DNA of 42,919 nucleotides, filler included, from Candidatus Desantisbacteria bacterium CG1_02_49_89 (GTDB lineage: Bacteria > Desantisbacteria > UBA1551), in assembly GCA_001871075.1 (NCBI GenBank). It is 2 parts of 2 records of this genome, joined end to end, with 100 filler letters (N's around TTAATTAATTAA, not from the genome) between each part and the next. Parts side by side here need not be neighbours in the genome. Positions count along the whole stretch, not along the records: positions 1 to 31,263 come from MNUP01000006.1; positions 31,364 to 42,919 come from MNUP01000008.1. One strand, given 5' to 3'. This document shows positions 26,337 through 36,101 of this stretch, one piece after another. The notes below the pieces were generated by a model that had not been told where the DNA came from, made no database searches, and worked only from the letters and a program-made list of their open reading frames with translations. The position numbers were made by a program, and so were the translations under genes. The number at the start of each line of letters is the position of its first letter. The stretch's first letter is position 1.

Positions 26337-27692
26337 ATGGATCAGAACAAGATCATTTTAAGCGAGAAGGATATGCCGCAGGCCTGGTATAATATCCTTC
26401 CGGACCTGCCTGCGCCGTTCCCGCCGCACCTGCACCCGGGGACCATGAAACCGCTGGGGCCGGCGGACCTGGCGCCGCTGTTCCCGATGGAGCTGATAAA
26501 GCAGGAAGTCAGCATGGAACGGTTCATACCGATCCCGGATGACATCCAGAGGATCTACAAACTCTGGAGGCCGTCACCCCTGCACAGGGCGTACAGGCTT
26601 GAAAAGGCGCTTGGGACACCCGCAAGGATCTATTACAAGAACGAAAGCGTAAGCCCCGCGGGCAGCCACAAGCCGAACACGGCGGTCGCGCAGGCGTATT
26701 ACAACAAGAAGGAAGGCGTCACGCGGCTTGCCACGGAAACCGGAGCCGGCCAGTGGGGAAGCGCGCTTGCTTTCGCGTGCAACCTGTTCGGGCTTAAGTG
26801 CACGGTTTATATGGTAAAAGTGAGCTACGAGCAGAAGCCGTACAGAAAGATAATGATGCAAACATGGGGAGCAGAGGTTCACCCGTCCCCCACAACGCTG
26901 ACTAACTCCGGCAAGGCAGCGCTTCAGAAAGACCCGAACTGCCCCGGAAGCCTGGGGCTTGCGATCTCAGAGGCTGTTGAAGACGCGGCAACCCATGATG
27001 ACACAAAATATTCGCTGGGAAGCGTGCTCAACCACGTGCTCATGCACCAGACGATCGTCGGGCTTGAAGTTGAAAAGCAGCTGAAGATAGCGAAGGAAAA
27101 ACCGGATATAATGATCGGCTGTGTCGGCGGCGGAAGTAATTTCGGCGGGTTCATGATGCCGTTCGTCAGGGAAAAAATGAAGGGAAGGAACATCAGGTTC
27201 ATCGCGGTAGAGCCGACATCCTGCCCCTCACTCACAAAAGGGCCGTACATCTACGATTACGGCGACGTCGCTAAACTGGCACCCATCGCGAAAATGTACA
27301 CGCTGGGGCATGGTTTTATCCCGCCTGCGATACACGCGGGAGGACTGCGCTACCACGGGGACGCCCCTATTCTCTGCCTGCTTGTGAACAAAAAGCTCAT
27401 AGAAGCGGTCGCGTATGACCAGAAGCCGGTATTTGAAGCAGCCCTGATGTTCGCGCGCACAGAGGGCATCATTCCCGCTCCTGAAACCGCGCACGCGATA
27501 AAAGCGGTGATAGACGAAGCCCTGAAATGCAAGGCATCTAACGAAGCCAAGTGTATCGTGTTCAACTTCAGCGGTCACGGGCACTTTGACCTGGCAGCGT
27601 ATGATGCCTATTTATCGGGAAAGCTTGAGGACTTTCCTCTGCCCGAGGAAAAGATCAAGGAAGCCCTTAAGGACGTCCCTAAAGTGGACTAG
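26337..27692 (+). CDS. trpB2: TrpB2 (TrpB-like PLP enzyme)
   Basis: [63 protein letters not shown]. Confidence 0.95.
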   Translation: MDQNKIILSEKDMPQAWYNILPDLPAPFPPHLHPGTMKPLGPADLAPLFPMELIKQEVSMERFIPIPDDIQRIYKLWRPSPLHRAYRLEKALGTPARIYYKNESVSPAGSHKPNTAVAQAYYNKKEGVTRLATETGAGQWGSALAFACNLFGLKCTVYMVKVSYEQKPYRKIMMQTWGAEVHPSPTTLTNSGKAALQKDPNCPGSLGLAISEAVEDAATHDDTKYSLGSVLNHVLMHQTIVGLEVEKQLKIAKEKPDIMIGCVGGGSNFGGFMMPFVREKMKGRNIRFIAVEPTSCPSLTKGPYIYDYGDVAKLAPIAKMYTLGHGFIPPAIHAGGLRYHGDAPILCLLVNKKLIEAVAYDQKPVFEAALMFARTEGIIPAPETAHAIKAVIDEALKCKASNEAKCIVFNFSGHGHFDLAAYDAYLSGKLEDFPLPEEKIKEALKDVPKVD

Positions 27693-27763
27693 CCTACCCT
27701 GATTTTTACGACTGTCATTGCGAGTCCCGATTCGGGACGAAGCAATCTCTTGGGAAAGAACAA

Positions 27764-27801
27764 ACAAAAAGCCGCGGTTTTTCTGCCGCGGCTTTTTTGT
27801 T
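27764..27801. terminator. Bidirectional intrinsic terminator, copy 1
   Basis: AAAAAGCCGCGG-TTTTTCTG-CCGCGGCTTTTTT; identical 38 bp at 30101-30138. Confidence 0.85.
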
Positions 27802-27845
27802 CTTCTGCCTTTTAACTTGCCTTTATTCAACCAACTGCTCTTTCT

Positions 27846-28589
27846 TCATTCTCTGAAGCGATTAAGGTCTGACTTAATTGCTTTATAAAGCTCGGTTGTC
27901 CAGATCGGGTCATATCTCAGTTTTAATTTTTCGTTTAAACGGAATTTTCTGAAATCAACGGGGCTAATGGTAATACTGGTATTTTCTATGCCTGCCTTCG
28001 CGGCAATAACAAACAATTCCTCGATCGCCTGATCGCCAACCGCCAGACATCCTGCTGAAACCTCGCCGCCGTGTACGAAAATATCTTTTCCTAAATTAAG
28101 GCGTTTATCCTTAATTCCCATCTTCCTGTCAAATTCGTTTGGGTACCCGATTTTCATGGACAAATGAAATGCGCTGTTGGGATTCAACCCGGTTATCCTA
28201 TACATACCTTCGGGAACCTGGAAGTCCCCTTCTGCCAGCTTCGGGCCCAATCCGCCGCTTAGGCAGAGAATCGGGTAAACTCTGACCTTAACCCATTCGC
28301 CGTCTTTTTGCGGAACCCAGACCTCAATAATCTTCTCCTGTTTGAATGCGAGGAATTTCATCTTTTCAGGCGGATAAACAGCCTGTTTTTTGTCAAAATC
28401 TTTCAGGAGCCTTTTGCAAACCGTTTCTCCTATTTGAGATGTAACATCGTTTACCGTTTTTTTGCCTTTCAATCTGAGTATAACAGGACTAGAGCCAAAA
28501 ATATCCTGCCTATAACGAAATGCGATCTTGTAAGCTAAAACAAGCGTGCAGGATATCAGCAAAATAGTTAAAATCTCTTTTTTGGTCAT
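27846..28589 (-). CDS. YkuD-fold L,D-transpeptidase-family protein (YafK/DpaA-like)
   Basis: GPK..EGD.QVPEG.Y, NPNSAFHLS..IGYPN, IFVHGGEVSAGC. Confidence 0.87.
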   Translation of the reverse strand: MTKKEILTILLISCTLVLAYKIAFRYRQDIFGSSPVILRLKGKKTVNDVTSQIGETVCKRLLKDFDKKQAVYPPEKMKFLAFKQEKIIEVWVPQKDGEWVKVRVYPILCLSGGLGPKLAEGDFQVPEGMYRITGLNPNSAFHLSMKIGYPNEFDRKMGIKDKRLNLGKDIFVHGGEVSAGCLAVGDQAIEELFVIAAKAGIENTSITISPVDFRKFRLNEKLKLRYDPIWTTELYKAIKSDLNRFRE

Positions 28590-28631
28590 TTTTTTTAGGT
28601 TTTGCTAATGAACAAGTATTGCCTGCTTTTC

Positions 28632-29411
28632 CTAGCCCGCATTTAGGCTTTCCAAATATTCCCGGAAAAACAAAATCTTCTTTACATCTTCCCGGACAAA
28701 CAAAAAGGGTTCTGCGTCCTTAGCCAGCCGGCGGAAATCAAGGCCCTTGCACTTTAAAAGTAGTTTTTCTTTCAGATCAGGCATATCTTTAATCTTCAGT
28801 TTTGAATCAAGGTATTCAAAATTCGCCTTTGTTCTTCCGAACAGATAAACCGCATCATAGAAATCCCTGCCCATCGGCCGCCTGCGGTTGAAAATGGAGA
28901 ATATTTTCTGAGCCAGCAGAATATCGGCGGGCACGGTGTTGATCTGCAGAAAGACGTCAAACTTATTTAAAATGACCCTTTGCGGGTTATATTCAAATTG
29001 CTGGGGCTCGGTATCGATCTGTATCAAAAGTTTTTCTTCCTTGTGTTTTGATATGCCGTATTCAAAAAGAACGTCTGCTATCCTCAAATAACACCTGTAT
29101 GCGTTTTTAAAAACATTTTTAATGTCCGTCCTGTATCCCTCTAGACTCAGCTTCCGGTCTATAATGCCGATCAATTGCTGAAAATCCTTTTTTTGCAGGC
29201 CCATGTTGTCAAAATCCAGGTCTTCCGAGAAACGCGCGTTCTGGTGTATTATGTGTATGGCGGTGCCACCCATAAAACATAGCTTTTGGCCGAGAGGCGC
29301 ATCGAATATCGCTTCCAGGATTTTATACTGCAGATATTCGGTCAGGAGATTCTTCTTAAAAACGCGCAGGTTTTGCGGATAAAAGGATTGTATTGTTTCA
29401 ATATCGATCAT
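28632..29411 (-). CDS. abiEii: AbiEii/AbiGii-family nucleotidyltransferase toxin
   Basis: FMGGTAI...RFSEDLDF, K in LAQKI, RDFYD. Confidence 0.9.
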   Translation of the reverse strand: MIDIETIQSFYPQNLRVFKKNLLTEYLQYKILEAIFDAPLGQKLCFMGGTAIHIIHQNARFSEDLDFDNMGLQKKDFQQLIGIIDRKLSLEGYRTDIKNVFKNAYRCYLRIADVLFEYGISKHKEEKLLIQIDTEPQQFEYNPQRVILNKFDVFLQINTVPADILLAQKIFSIFNRRRPMGRDFYDAVYLFGRTKANFEYLDSKLKIKDMPDLKEKLLLKCKGLDFRRLAKDAEPFLFVREDVKKILFFREYLESLNAG

Positions 29412-30021
29412 TTTTCAGGAACTCCATGAATGAATTTACCCTCTTTTTAAGCCTTTTCTGGCCCAGCTTGTTAAGAAGACCGAACAGTTTTTTCATATCA
29501 ACCTTATTTAAAAATACCTCCCTGTTGATCCTTAAGCTCGCAAAATCATCTTTGTTCTTTAAAGAAGGATTTATATAAAGATAATCCAGTATCGCTTTTT
29601 CTATACAGGCTATTTTAAAACTTTTTGTCCCGTCTGTGATTATTGAATACCCAAAAAACGCGCCGGGCTTTATCGTTCTATATATAAACCGGGCTGTTTT
29701 TGTTTCGAAGGCGTAGGTCCGCCGGGTTGCGGCGGAAGTTATCGCGTAGACCTTCTCGGGTATTAATCCGTGGTGGGACAGAGCCGATTCAAAAGAAACA
29801 TAGGACGGGCTGTATATCCTGTTGGCTATGCAAAATAACATGCTCTCGCCAAGGTTCAGATCCGAAAAAATATAATAGCCCCTTATGACCTTCCTTATGT
29901 AATCCTTATCCTGCCATTCGTTCAGCCTTCTCCTGTCAAAACCGCTGTCTATCTTTCTTATATCCAGAAGAGAAAAGACTGTAAAATTTCTTAAGGACTG
30001 CCTTAACTCTATATACTGCAT
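29398..30021 (-). CDS. abiEi: AbiEi-family antitoxin/transcriptional regulator
   Basis: RGYY, IYSPSYVSFESALSHHGLIPE, EKAILD; overlaps abiEii; ATG 30021 with GGAG RBS; TTGACT-17-TATAAT promoter at 30063-30091. Confidence 0.87.
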   Translation of the reverse strand: MQYIELRQSLRNFTVFSLLDIRKIDSGFDRRRLNEWQDKDYIRKVIRGYYIFSDLNLGESMLFCIANRIYSPSYVSFESALSHHGLIPEKVYAITSAATRRTYAFETKTARFIYRTIKPGAFFGYSIITDGTKSFKIACIEKAILDYLYINPSLKNKDDFASLRINREVFLNKVDMKKLFGLLNKLGQKRLKKRVNSFMEFLKNDRY

Positions 30022-30100
30022 AGTATTTCTCCAAAATGTTATTTTTAACACTTTCACGAAATATTATATCACATTTATCGGAGAAAGTCAAGGAAAAAGC

Positions 30101-30138
30101 ACAAAAAGCCGCGGTTTTTCTGCCGCGGCTTTTTTGTT
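30101..30138. terminator. Intrinsic terminator after smc, copy 2 of the 38-bp repeat
   Basis: Identical to 27764-27801. Confidence 0.85.
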
Positions 30139-30183
30139 TTCTTCCTTCACTGACATCTGACCACTGAACACTGACCACTGTTT

Positions 30184-31263
30184 CTAAACAGGCACCGGCT
30201 CTCCCATTTTCACTGACACTATCTTCGACACCCCCACCTCTTCCATCGTGATGCCGTACAGGATGTTTGCCGCTTCCATAGTGCGCTTGTTATGTGTTAT
30301 CACGATGAACTGCGAAAGGCGCGAGAATTCCTTCAGCAGCTTCGTGAATTTCAGTATGTTCGTTTCGTCCAGGGGAGCGTCAATTTCGTCCATAAAGCAG
30401 AACGGGCTGGGCTTCGCGAGGAATATCGCGAACAGGAGGGATATGGCCGTGAGGCATCTTTCTCCGTCAGAAAGCTGCATTATGTTCCTCAGGGTCTTTC
30501 CCGGAGGCTGCGCCTCTATCTCGATGCCGGTCTCAAGCGGGTTGTCGGGGTTTGTCAGGAATATCCTTGCCGAACCTCCCTCAAAAAGCTTCTGGTAGAT
30601 GCTCTCGAAATTTTCCTTGATCTTTTCAAATGCCTGGGTAAAGCGCGACTTGCACTCTTTCTCTATTTCCTCCACTATCCTGTTCAGGTTTGTCTCCGCT
30701 CCCGAAAGGTCTTCTGTCTGATCTTTGAGGAACAGGTACCTTTCCTTCAGCCTCTGGTACTCGTCAACAGCGACAAGGTTGACCTCTCCTATCCTCTCGA
30801 TCCTCTCGCGCAGCAGCATTGCCTGCTCTTCGGCGGCTTCCGGCACGAAATCCTGCGGCACAGCTCCGGCTTCCTGGCCTTCGCTCTGCACAACGGCAGC
30901 CGGGTCAAAATTGTAGTCCTGCCTCAGCTTCTGCATTATGTTCTCCGTCTCAAGCCTGAACTCTATCTCTTTGACTTCCAGCTGGCGCAGGTTCTCCTCG
31001 TTCCCTTTTGTCCTGCGCATTTCCCTCAGTTTTTCCTCTTCCTTCATAAGTGCGTCCCTTGTTCCGGTGTACGCCTCCTCGTATTTCTGGATCTCCTGCT
31101 TGCCTGAGTCCGCCTCTTTCAGCAGCCTTTCTATCTGCGCCTTTACCTCTTTAAGCTCAGAGTCCAGGCCTGACGAGGTCTCAGGGATGCTGTCGCTTTC
31201 CTTTTTCCATTCATCCCCTGCGTGTGCAAACTCTTTCTTTTCCTCGTTAAGCCTTGCTTCCTC
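30184..31263 (-). CDS. smc: Chromosome segregation protein SMC, C-terminal part (cut by the assembly gap)
   Basis: Coiled coil, GEVNLVA, LFEGG.A, PPGK, LSDGE signature, PFCFMDEIDAPLD, QFIVITH, GVSKIVSV. Confidence 0.93.
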   Translation of the reverse strand, partial: EEARLNEEKKEFAHAGDEWKKESDSIPETSSGLDSELKEVKAQIERLLKEADSGKQEIQKYEEAYTGTRDALMKEEEKLREMRRTKGNEENLRQLEVKEIEFRLETENIMQKLRQDYNFDPAAVVQSEGQEAGAVPQDFVPEAAEEQAMLLRERIERIGEVNLVAVDEYQRLKERYLFLKDQTEDLSGAETNLNRIVEEIEKECKSRFTQAFEKIKENFESIYQKLFEGGSARIFLTNPDNPLETGIEIEAQPPGKTLRNIMQLSDGERCLTAISLLFAIFLAKPSPFCFMDEIDAPLDETNILKFTKLLKEFSRLSQFIVITHNKRTMEAANILYGITMEEVGVSKIVSVKMGEPVPV

Positions 31264-31363
31264 NNNNNNNNNNNNNNNNNNNNNNNNNNNNNNNNNNNNN
31301 NNNNNNNTTAATTAATTAANNNNNNNNNNNNNNNNNNNNNNNNNNNNNNNNNNNNNNNNNNNN
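31264..31363. other. Artificial contig linker
   Basis: 44 N + TTAATTAATTAA (stops in all six frames) + 44 N = 100 bp. Confidence 0.95.
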
Positions 31364-31628
31364 GATTTTCTGCTCATCTTTTAACACAATAATCTTTTTG
31401 TTGGGGATAAGACACACGGTTACTTCTTGCTCCGGAAATCGACCTACCTTCCAGATTCTGCCTTCGAGAGTACCCACCCCCCTCACCCTACCCCTCTCCC
31501 TCGAGGGGAGAGGATAAAGGAGAGGGTGATTATTACCTGATTTTTAAACCAGCCAGCCTAAATCAATTTCCCCCAGATAGGTATACTTCTGATTGTTCCC
31601 CAGGTATACTTTTGATTATTTCCGCACA
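31364..31628. mobile_element. MITE copy 2 (left end lost at the contig edge)
   Basis: Near-identical to 42659-42919 and similar to about 81-344; ends ...TTATTTCCGCACA. Confidence 0.75.
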
Positions 31629-31796
31629 GTTAAAAAGTATTTAGTTAAAAAGTATTTAGGACATTTGAGACATTAAGTACATCAAAAACATTAAATTCAT
31701 TAACTTCATTAAACACATTATCTATACATTATAATCATTTAAAAATGCTTTCAATGGTTTCAATGTCTCTAATGTTTTTAATGTTTTCAATATTTT

Positions 31797-32573
31797 TCAA
31801 TCCAGATACCGGGCAACCGCCGCTATTGTCAGCGGGTTCGGGTCGTCTATGTCCACGCTGGACCACGCGTCCATCATATAATCATTAATGTATTTATACG
31901 GAAGGAAACCGTATCCCCCATCGCCCCAATCCGCAGACCAGCTGTTCTTGAATTTAACCAGTTCTTTCCTGTCATCATAACCCACCGGGCAGATAGCGTG
32001 ACCGCCTAACGGCCGTTCTCCCGTTGCAGGCATAGGCACAACACCGCTGAGCGTGTTCATCATTCCGCTGAAAACCATTACCCCTATCACACAGGGACCT
32101 TTGGCTGAAAGCGACATCCGCAGTTCGTCCAGGTCCAGTATCCTGGCATAGGTAAGCTGCCTGAACTTTGCAGCGTCTTCTTTCGCGCCTTTTTTAGCCC
32201 TGTTTTTCTGAAGCGGCATGTAAGGCCAGAACTTTTCCCTGCACACGCCCTTTTTCTTCAGGACCTTCATTGCCACCCTTATGGACGTGCCTTCTGAATC
32301 CGGCGCCCCGTCTATTTTCTTGCATTCGCTGTAAACAAACCTGGGTGACAGATCAATTATCTTCGCGTAGTCAACCCGTTCCTGGTATTCCTTCATTCCA
32401 GCAACGGAAGCGAATCCCACGCAGGTGCCTTCATCGCCCTGGTCCCGGATCGCGGTCATTTTTCCGGTATAATCCACCCGCATCGGCAGTTTCACCGCGG
32501 GAAGGTAAGCCCTCATTAAGTAATCCCTGTTGTCTTTCTTGTCCCTTCTGCATCCTAATTTATGCATATCCAT
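31797..32573 (-). CDS. Papain-like C1-family cysteine peptidase
   Basis: DQGDEGTCVGFA, LSPRFVY, GGHAI..VGYDD, KNSW..DWGDGGY. Confidence 0.92.
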   Translation of the reverse strand: MDMHKLGCRRDKKDNRDYLMRAYLPAVKLPMRVDYTGKMTAIRDQGDEGTCVGFASVAGMKEYQERVDYAKIIDLSPRFVYSECKKIDGAPDSEGTSIRVAMKVLKKKGVCREKFWPYMPLQKNRAKKGAKEDAAKFRQLTYARILDLDELRMSLSAKGPCVIGVMVFSGMMNTLSGVVPMPATGERPLGGHAICPVGYDDRKELVKFKNSWSADWGDGGYGFLPYKYINDYMMDAWSSVDIDDPNPLTIAAVARYLD

Positions 32574-32600
32574 CCCCGATCGAAAATTGACCCACCCCGC

Positions 32601-32876
32601 TTAATCTAATTTTTTGTACACATCTCCGCGCGGAAGGATCAGTATCACATGGACTATTTTTTCTTTTGGGTCTATCCAATAAACAGATCTTAGACAGGCA
32701 TTCTCAATCCTGTATAAACCGGCGTGTCCCTTTAATTGTTTTATCTTCCCCGGGTAATAGAATGGATTGTCTTCTAAAAGCGTAAAGTCTTCTGTCAGCG
32801 CCTTCCTCGTTTTTTCTACGGATTTTCTATAATACTTGAGCGCCCTTTTGTGCAGCCGGACCTCAAACTTTGCCAT
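32601..32876 (-). CDS. RelE/ParE-family toxin
   Basis: L..NP....KIKQLKG..GLYRI....LRSVY.ID....V.V..I.PRGDVYK. Confidence 0.85.
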   Translation of the reverse strand: MAKFEVRLHKRALKYYRKSVEKTRKALTEDFTLLEDNPFYYPGKIKQLKGHAGLYRIENACLRSVYWIDPKEKIVHVILILPRGDVYKKLD

Positions 32877-32877
32877 A

Positions 32878-33111
32878 TTACGCTTTTCTCCAGCTGGTCC
32901 CTTTTTCTTTATAGGACTCTGCCAGCGCCTGTTCTATCATTGCCCACTCTTTAATGGTGAATTCGTCTTCTATTTTCTCAACAACGGTCTGCCTTATTAC
33001 TTCGGAAACGCTTTTGTATTGCCTGCGGGCAAGATTGTTAAGATAATCATAAAGCACGGCAGGGACTCTTACCCCGATCGTTCTTTCCTTATTTTTAATT
33101 TTAGTTTCCAT
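32878..33111 (-). CDS. Ribbon-helix-helix antitoxin
   Basis: TIGVRVP..LY..L..LA.....SVSEVIRQ; GGAGG RBS; 1 bp from the toxin. Confidence 0.82.
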   Translation of the reverse strand: METKIKNKERTIGVRVPAVLYDYLNNLARRQYKSVSEVIRQTVVEKIEDEFTIKEWAMIEQALAESYKEKGTSWRKA

Positions 33112-33130
33112 GCCTGACCTCCGTCTATCG

Positions 33131-33172
33131 CTATGTTAAACATATTATAACATAGTTTTACATGCTTGTCAA
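33131..33172 (-). promoter_or_regulatory. TA promoter with overlapping operator palindrome
   Basis: TTGACA-17-TATAAT; CTATGTTA...TAACATAG inverted repeat (33131-33155) over the -10. Confidence 0.75.
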
Positions 33173-33220
33173 GAGAAAAATAAAAACCGCGTGATTTGTG
33201 CGATTTTTCAAAATAGGTTT

Positions 33221-33700
33221 CTAGGGCAGGCGTATTGCAGACCTAAGGTGTTTTGGAAGACGCCGTGATTGCCAATCCTGCCATTCCTGCCTCAGATCTT
33301 TTGGAAGACGCCGTGACAGCCGGTTAAGTTCCCTGGCAATTTTAACCCTGGCATTGGCAGGATCAGCTGCCGCAGCGGCTTTAAGAACATAGCAGGCGGC
33401 GCCGAAGGCGTGTTGGGCAACATGCGCGGTTGCCGCTGCCTGGCCTGCAGCGCGCGCGGCAAAACAAGCCGCGTCATTTTCTTTCACTTCGCGGGCTGCC
33501 GCGTGAGCAGCGAGCGAAACTTTGCGTATATCAACCATCCTGAACACGCCTGTGCGGGCCCATGCCCTGCATGCTTCTATGGCTTTGCAGGGCCGGTCGT
33601 CCTCCGGGTACGCCTTCTCAAAAAATGGAAGCACCCGTTCTGCGCTTTCCGCGGCCCAGGTCGCAAGCGCTCTCTGATCCTGTTTGTTGAATTTCTTCAT
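33221..33700 (-). CDS. Imm5-like putative immunity-domain protein
   Basis: LATWAAESAERVLPFFE..YPEDDRP..AIEA.RAW and AARAAGQAAATAHVAQHA. Confidence 0.7.
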   Translation of the reverse strand: MKKFNKQDQRALATWAAESAERVLPFFEKAYPEDDRPCKAIEACRAWARTGVFRMVDIRKVSLAAHAAAREVKENDAACFAARAAGQAAATAHVAQHAFGAACYVLKAAAAADPANARVKIARELNRLSRRLPKDLRQEWQDWQSRRLPKHLRSAIRLP

Positions 33701-33729
33701 GAATTATCTTACTGATTTCCAAGCCACAT

Positions 33730-34305
33730 TTAGTGCCAAAAGTAGGCAAAAATGGCGCTAAATCCAATAACCAAATCCGCCTTATGCGCTATTTTGGCAG
33801 GGAGAGCTCTTGCAAAATTATGGGTCTTTTTCTCGCTCATGTATCTGTCGAAAGAACGGGATTCTATCTGGTGAATCAGAATATTACGGCTCCATCCGTA
33901 TTTAATTGTCATTCTAAGGTAATATTCCCGGCGATACGTATCACTGCATTTTTCTATTATAACAACATTCTGTCCCCAGGGAATTTCTCGCACAACCTGT
34001 GCGAGTTTTGGGCTGTCTACGTAGGTAATATAGAATTTTCTCATTCTGTCTAAATTGGCATAGGAAAAGCCTATGGTCCTGGGGATCTCTTTCTGCAGAT
34101 CGTCGGCAAGCCGCTGTATTATCTTTTGTCCCCAGCCCAATTTTTTTTGCTTCTCAACTATGGACTTTCCTATCTTCCAGTAAAGATCTATGAGTTCTTT
34201 GTTAACCGAACGGTAGGCAGATATCCGCGCCTGCTTAATTCTCGTTTTTAAGTCATTGAGAAACTTAAGATACTCACCATTTTCTGAAATCAATTTTTTA
34301 TCCAT
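33730..34305 (-). pseudogene. Truncated YhcG/DUF1016 protein (N-terminal domain only)
   Basis: VNKELIDLYWKIG..I, WG...I..LA.DL, GFS..NL..MRKFY, IPW, REYY......GWSR..L..QI. Ends before the C-terminal nuclease domain, at a 28-bp repeat. Confidence 0.75.
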
Positions 34306-34414
34306 TTGCTACTCCCCAATCCTCCTGTCCACAGTTCTACTTATTCAGGTCTAAACAATCAAGATGTATTATACCACATTTCTACGATAAAATCAAAATA
34401 AAAGGGTTTTATCC

Positions 34415-34939
34415 TCAGAAGCATTCCTTGTTCAGCTCCACCTGCCTGATGCAGTCGTCTATCGTGCGGACAGGATGCCTTGGGAACGGCCACCACTTGC
34501 CTGATGCCCTTCTCCAGTACAGGTGCCATCTCTTGTCATAGCCGGTATAGCGGATATGGAACACGGATGAACGACACCAGCGGGACGGGTCTGAGAAAAC
34601 AGGCCTTCTTTCATAGACGGTAATCCTGTTGCCCCGAACATCGGCGGCAAAGCCGATCTTGTGTTTATGCATCTCCGGAATACTGTCACATTTGTCGCGC
34701 AGGTATGTGGATATCCTGCCTAATGCCTCCAGACGTATATCGTCAGGCAGTTTCTTGTTATACGTAAGCGCCTTGATGCCGGATTCGCCTGCCGCCTCAT
34801 AAGCGTTCAGGTAATAGGCGAGCTGATTTACGCTGAGCTTGCTCTCCCTGGCTAAATCATAGAAGTCATCGTCGGAAACTGCCTTAAGCGCTTTCTTTGC
34901 CCAGCAGCACTTCTTCTGAAAGGTAATGTTGGTTTTCAT
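34415..34939 (-). CDS. DUF3024-like domain protein with N-terminal HTH-like segment
   Basis: RGNRITVYERRP.....W....V..IRY......WHLYWRRASGKW. Confidence 0.6.
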   Translation of the reverse strand: MKTNITFQKKCCWAKKALKAVSDDDFYDLARESKLSVNQLAYYLNAYEAAGESGIKALTYNKKLPDDIRLEALGRISTYLRDKCDSIPEMHKHKIGFAADVRGNRITVYERRPVFSDPSRWCRSSVFHIRYTGYDKRWHLYWRRASGKWWPFPRHPVRTIDDCIRQVELNKECF

Positions 34940-34944
34940 CGCGG

Positions 34945-35658
34945 TTATTTCTTTTGTCTATATTTTACCAGGTTTCTAATGTCCGGCATGAATTCATCTG
35001 TTTTATGGACGAAACACATATATTCCATTACGACCCTGAATACTTTTTCTTCCTTTTCTGCTGCGTCTTTCTTAAGCTTTTCCAGCGTATCCCAGAGGAG
35101 CTGCTGCGTTTTATCACTAAAGGTGCATTTCTGGATAATGAAAAACCACTTTTCCTTTTCAGCTGCGGATTCAGCGGAATCCTGATAATGCCAGGCCGAC
35201 TGGTCGATATGGCCAAACAACTTCTTTCTCATCTCCCTTATTTCATCCGCAAGCCTTTTTCTTTCCTCAGAGGCGCCTGGACCTGATAGGTGTGCCAGGG
35301 CATTGGCTATGGCTTGCCTCAGCTCCTTTTTCTCCTTTTCTGTCTGGTCGTTTATCACTCCGCTGGCCTTAAGCTCCTGCTCTATGGCACTCTTTGTCTT
35401 CATGCCGCTCTTAACGAATCTGTCAAAGCTGGAGCGATAGAAGTCATCGGCTTCCTTTTCGATCTTCTCTGTAGGCCTGTAAAATTTCACTCTCCCTACC
35501 CCTTCGATTGTCATAGTCTTTTCAGTCCACACCACTTCTTTCTTCTCTTCATCAGGCTGAGCTTCAGGCTCAGGTTCCTTTTCCTGGTTCTTTTTCTCCA
35601 ATTCCTCTAAAAGCGCGGAGGCAAGCAGACCGGAGATAGACAGACCGAGAATATCCAT
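34945..35658 (-). CDS. Hypothetical protein
   Basis: 237-aa ORF with GAGG RBS, 5 bp from the next gene; no recognised motif. Confidence 0.65.
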   Translation of the reverse strand: MDILGLSISGLLASALLEELEKKNQEKEPEPEAQPDEEKKEVVWTEKTMTIEGVGRVKFYRPTEKIEKEADDFYRSSFDRFVKSGMKTKSAIEQELKASGVINDQTEKEKKELRQAIANALAHLSGPGASEERKRLADEIREMRKKLFGHIDQSAWHYQDSAESAAEKEKWFFIIQKCTFSDKTQQLLWDTLEKLKKDAAEKEEKVFRVVMEYMCFVHKTDEFMPDIRNLVKYRQKK

Positions 35659-35875
35659 TTGAAACCTCTTCTATAAAGTGTTGCTGTATTATGTTCAACA
35701 GGATACGTTAAATGACGAATTTGACGAGAAATTTAGAATTATTAAGGGAGCAAAGGATACTTGCGGATAATTCCAAATACTACACGAGCATTTTTCAAAA
35801 TCAAATTATTTTTCAGGATTCCCCAAAGTTTTTCTCTGTCAGGGCATTCCGTTAGTAATTTATTCTTGATTGTCT

Positions 35876-36101
35876 CTAGTACTCTGTAACACAAATCATT
35901 GACTAATTTGTCTTTGCGAGGTCCGATGGACTCTCCGAAGAGTCCGTATACTCCGTCCTTTCGGAGTCATCGGACCGAAGAGTCATACGGACTCCTTCGG
36001 AGAACGGCAGTGACGAAGCAATCTCGTATACAGATTGCCGCGCCCTTCGGGTCCAATGGACAATGACAAGCGGGTTAAAAATTAATGTTACAATGCACTA
36101 G
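35876..36101. mobile_element. Putative MITE with CTAG-ended inverted repeats
   Basis: CTAGTACTCTGTAACA ... TGTTACAATGCACTAG (13/16 match); the interior is nested palindromes. Confidence 0.5.

Noticed and set aside
19234-27584. Numerous long antisense and alternate-frame ORFs over the trp genes (and over other genes)
   Set aside because: They shadow well-supported genes and show no recognisable motifs or RBS.
33251-33316. 18-bp direct repeat TTTTGGAAGACGCCGTGA in the Imm5-like gene
   Set aside because: It encodes a duplicated SRRLPK peptide; a small intragenic duplication with no further signal.
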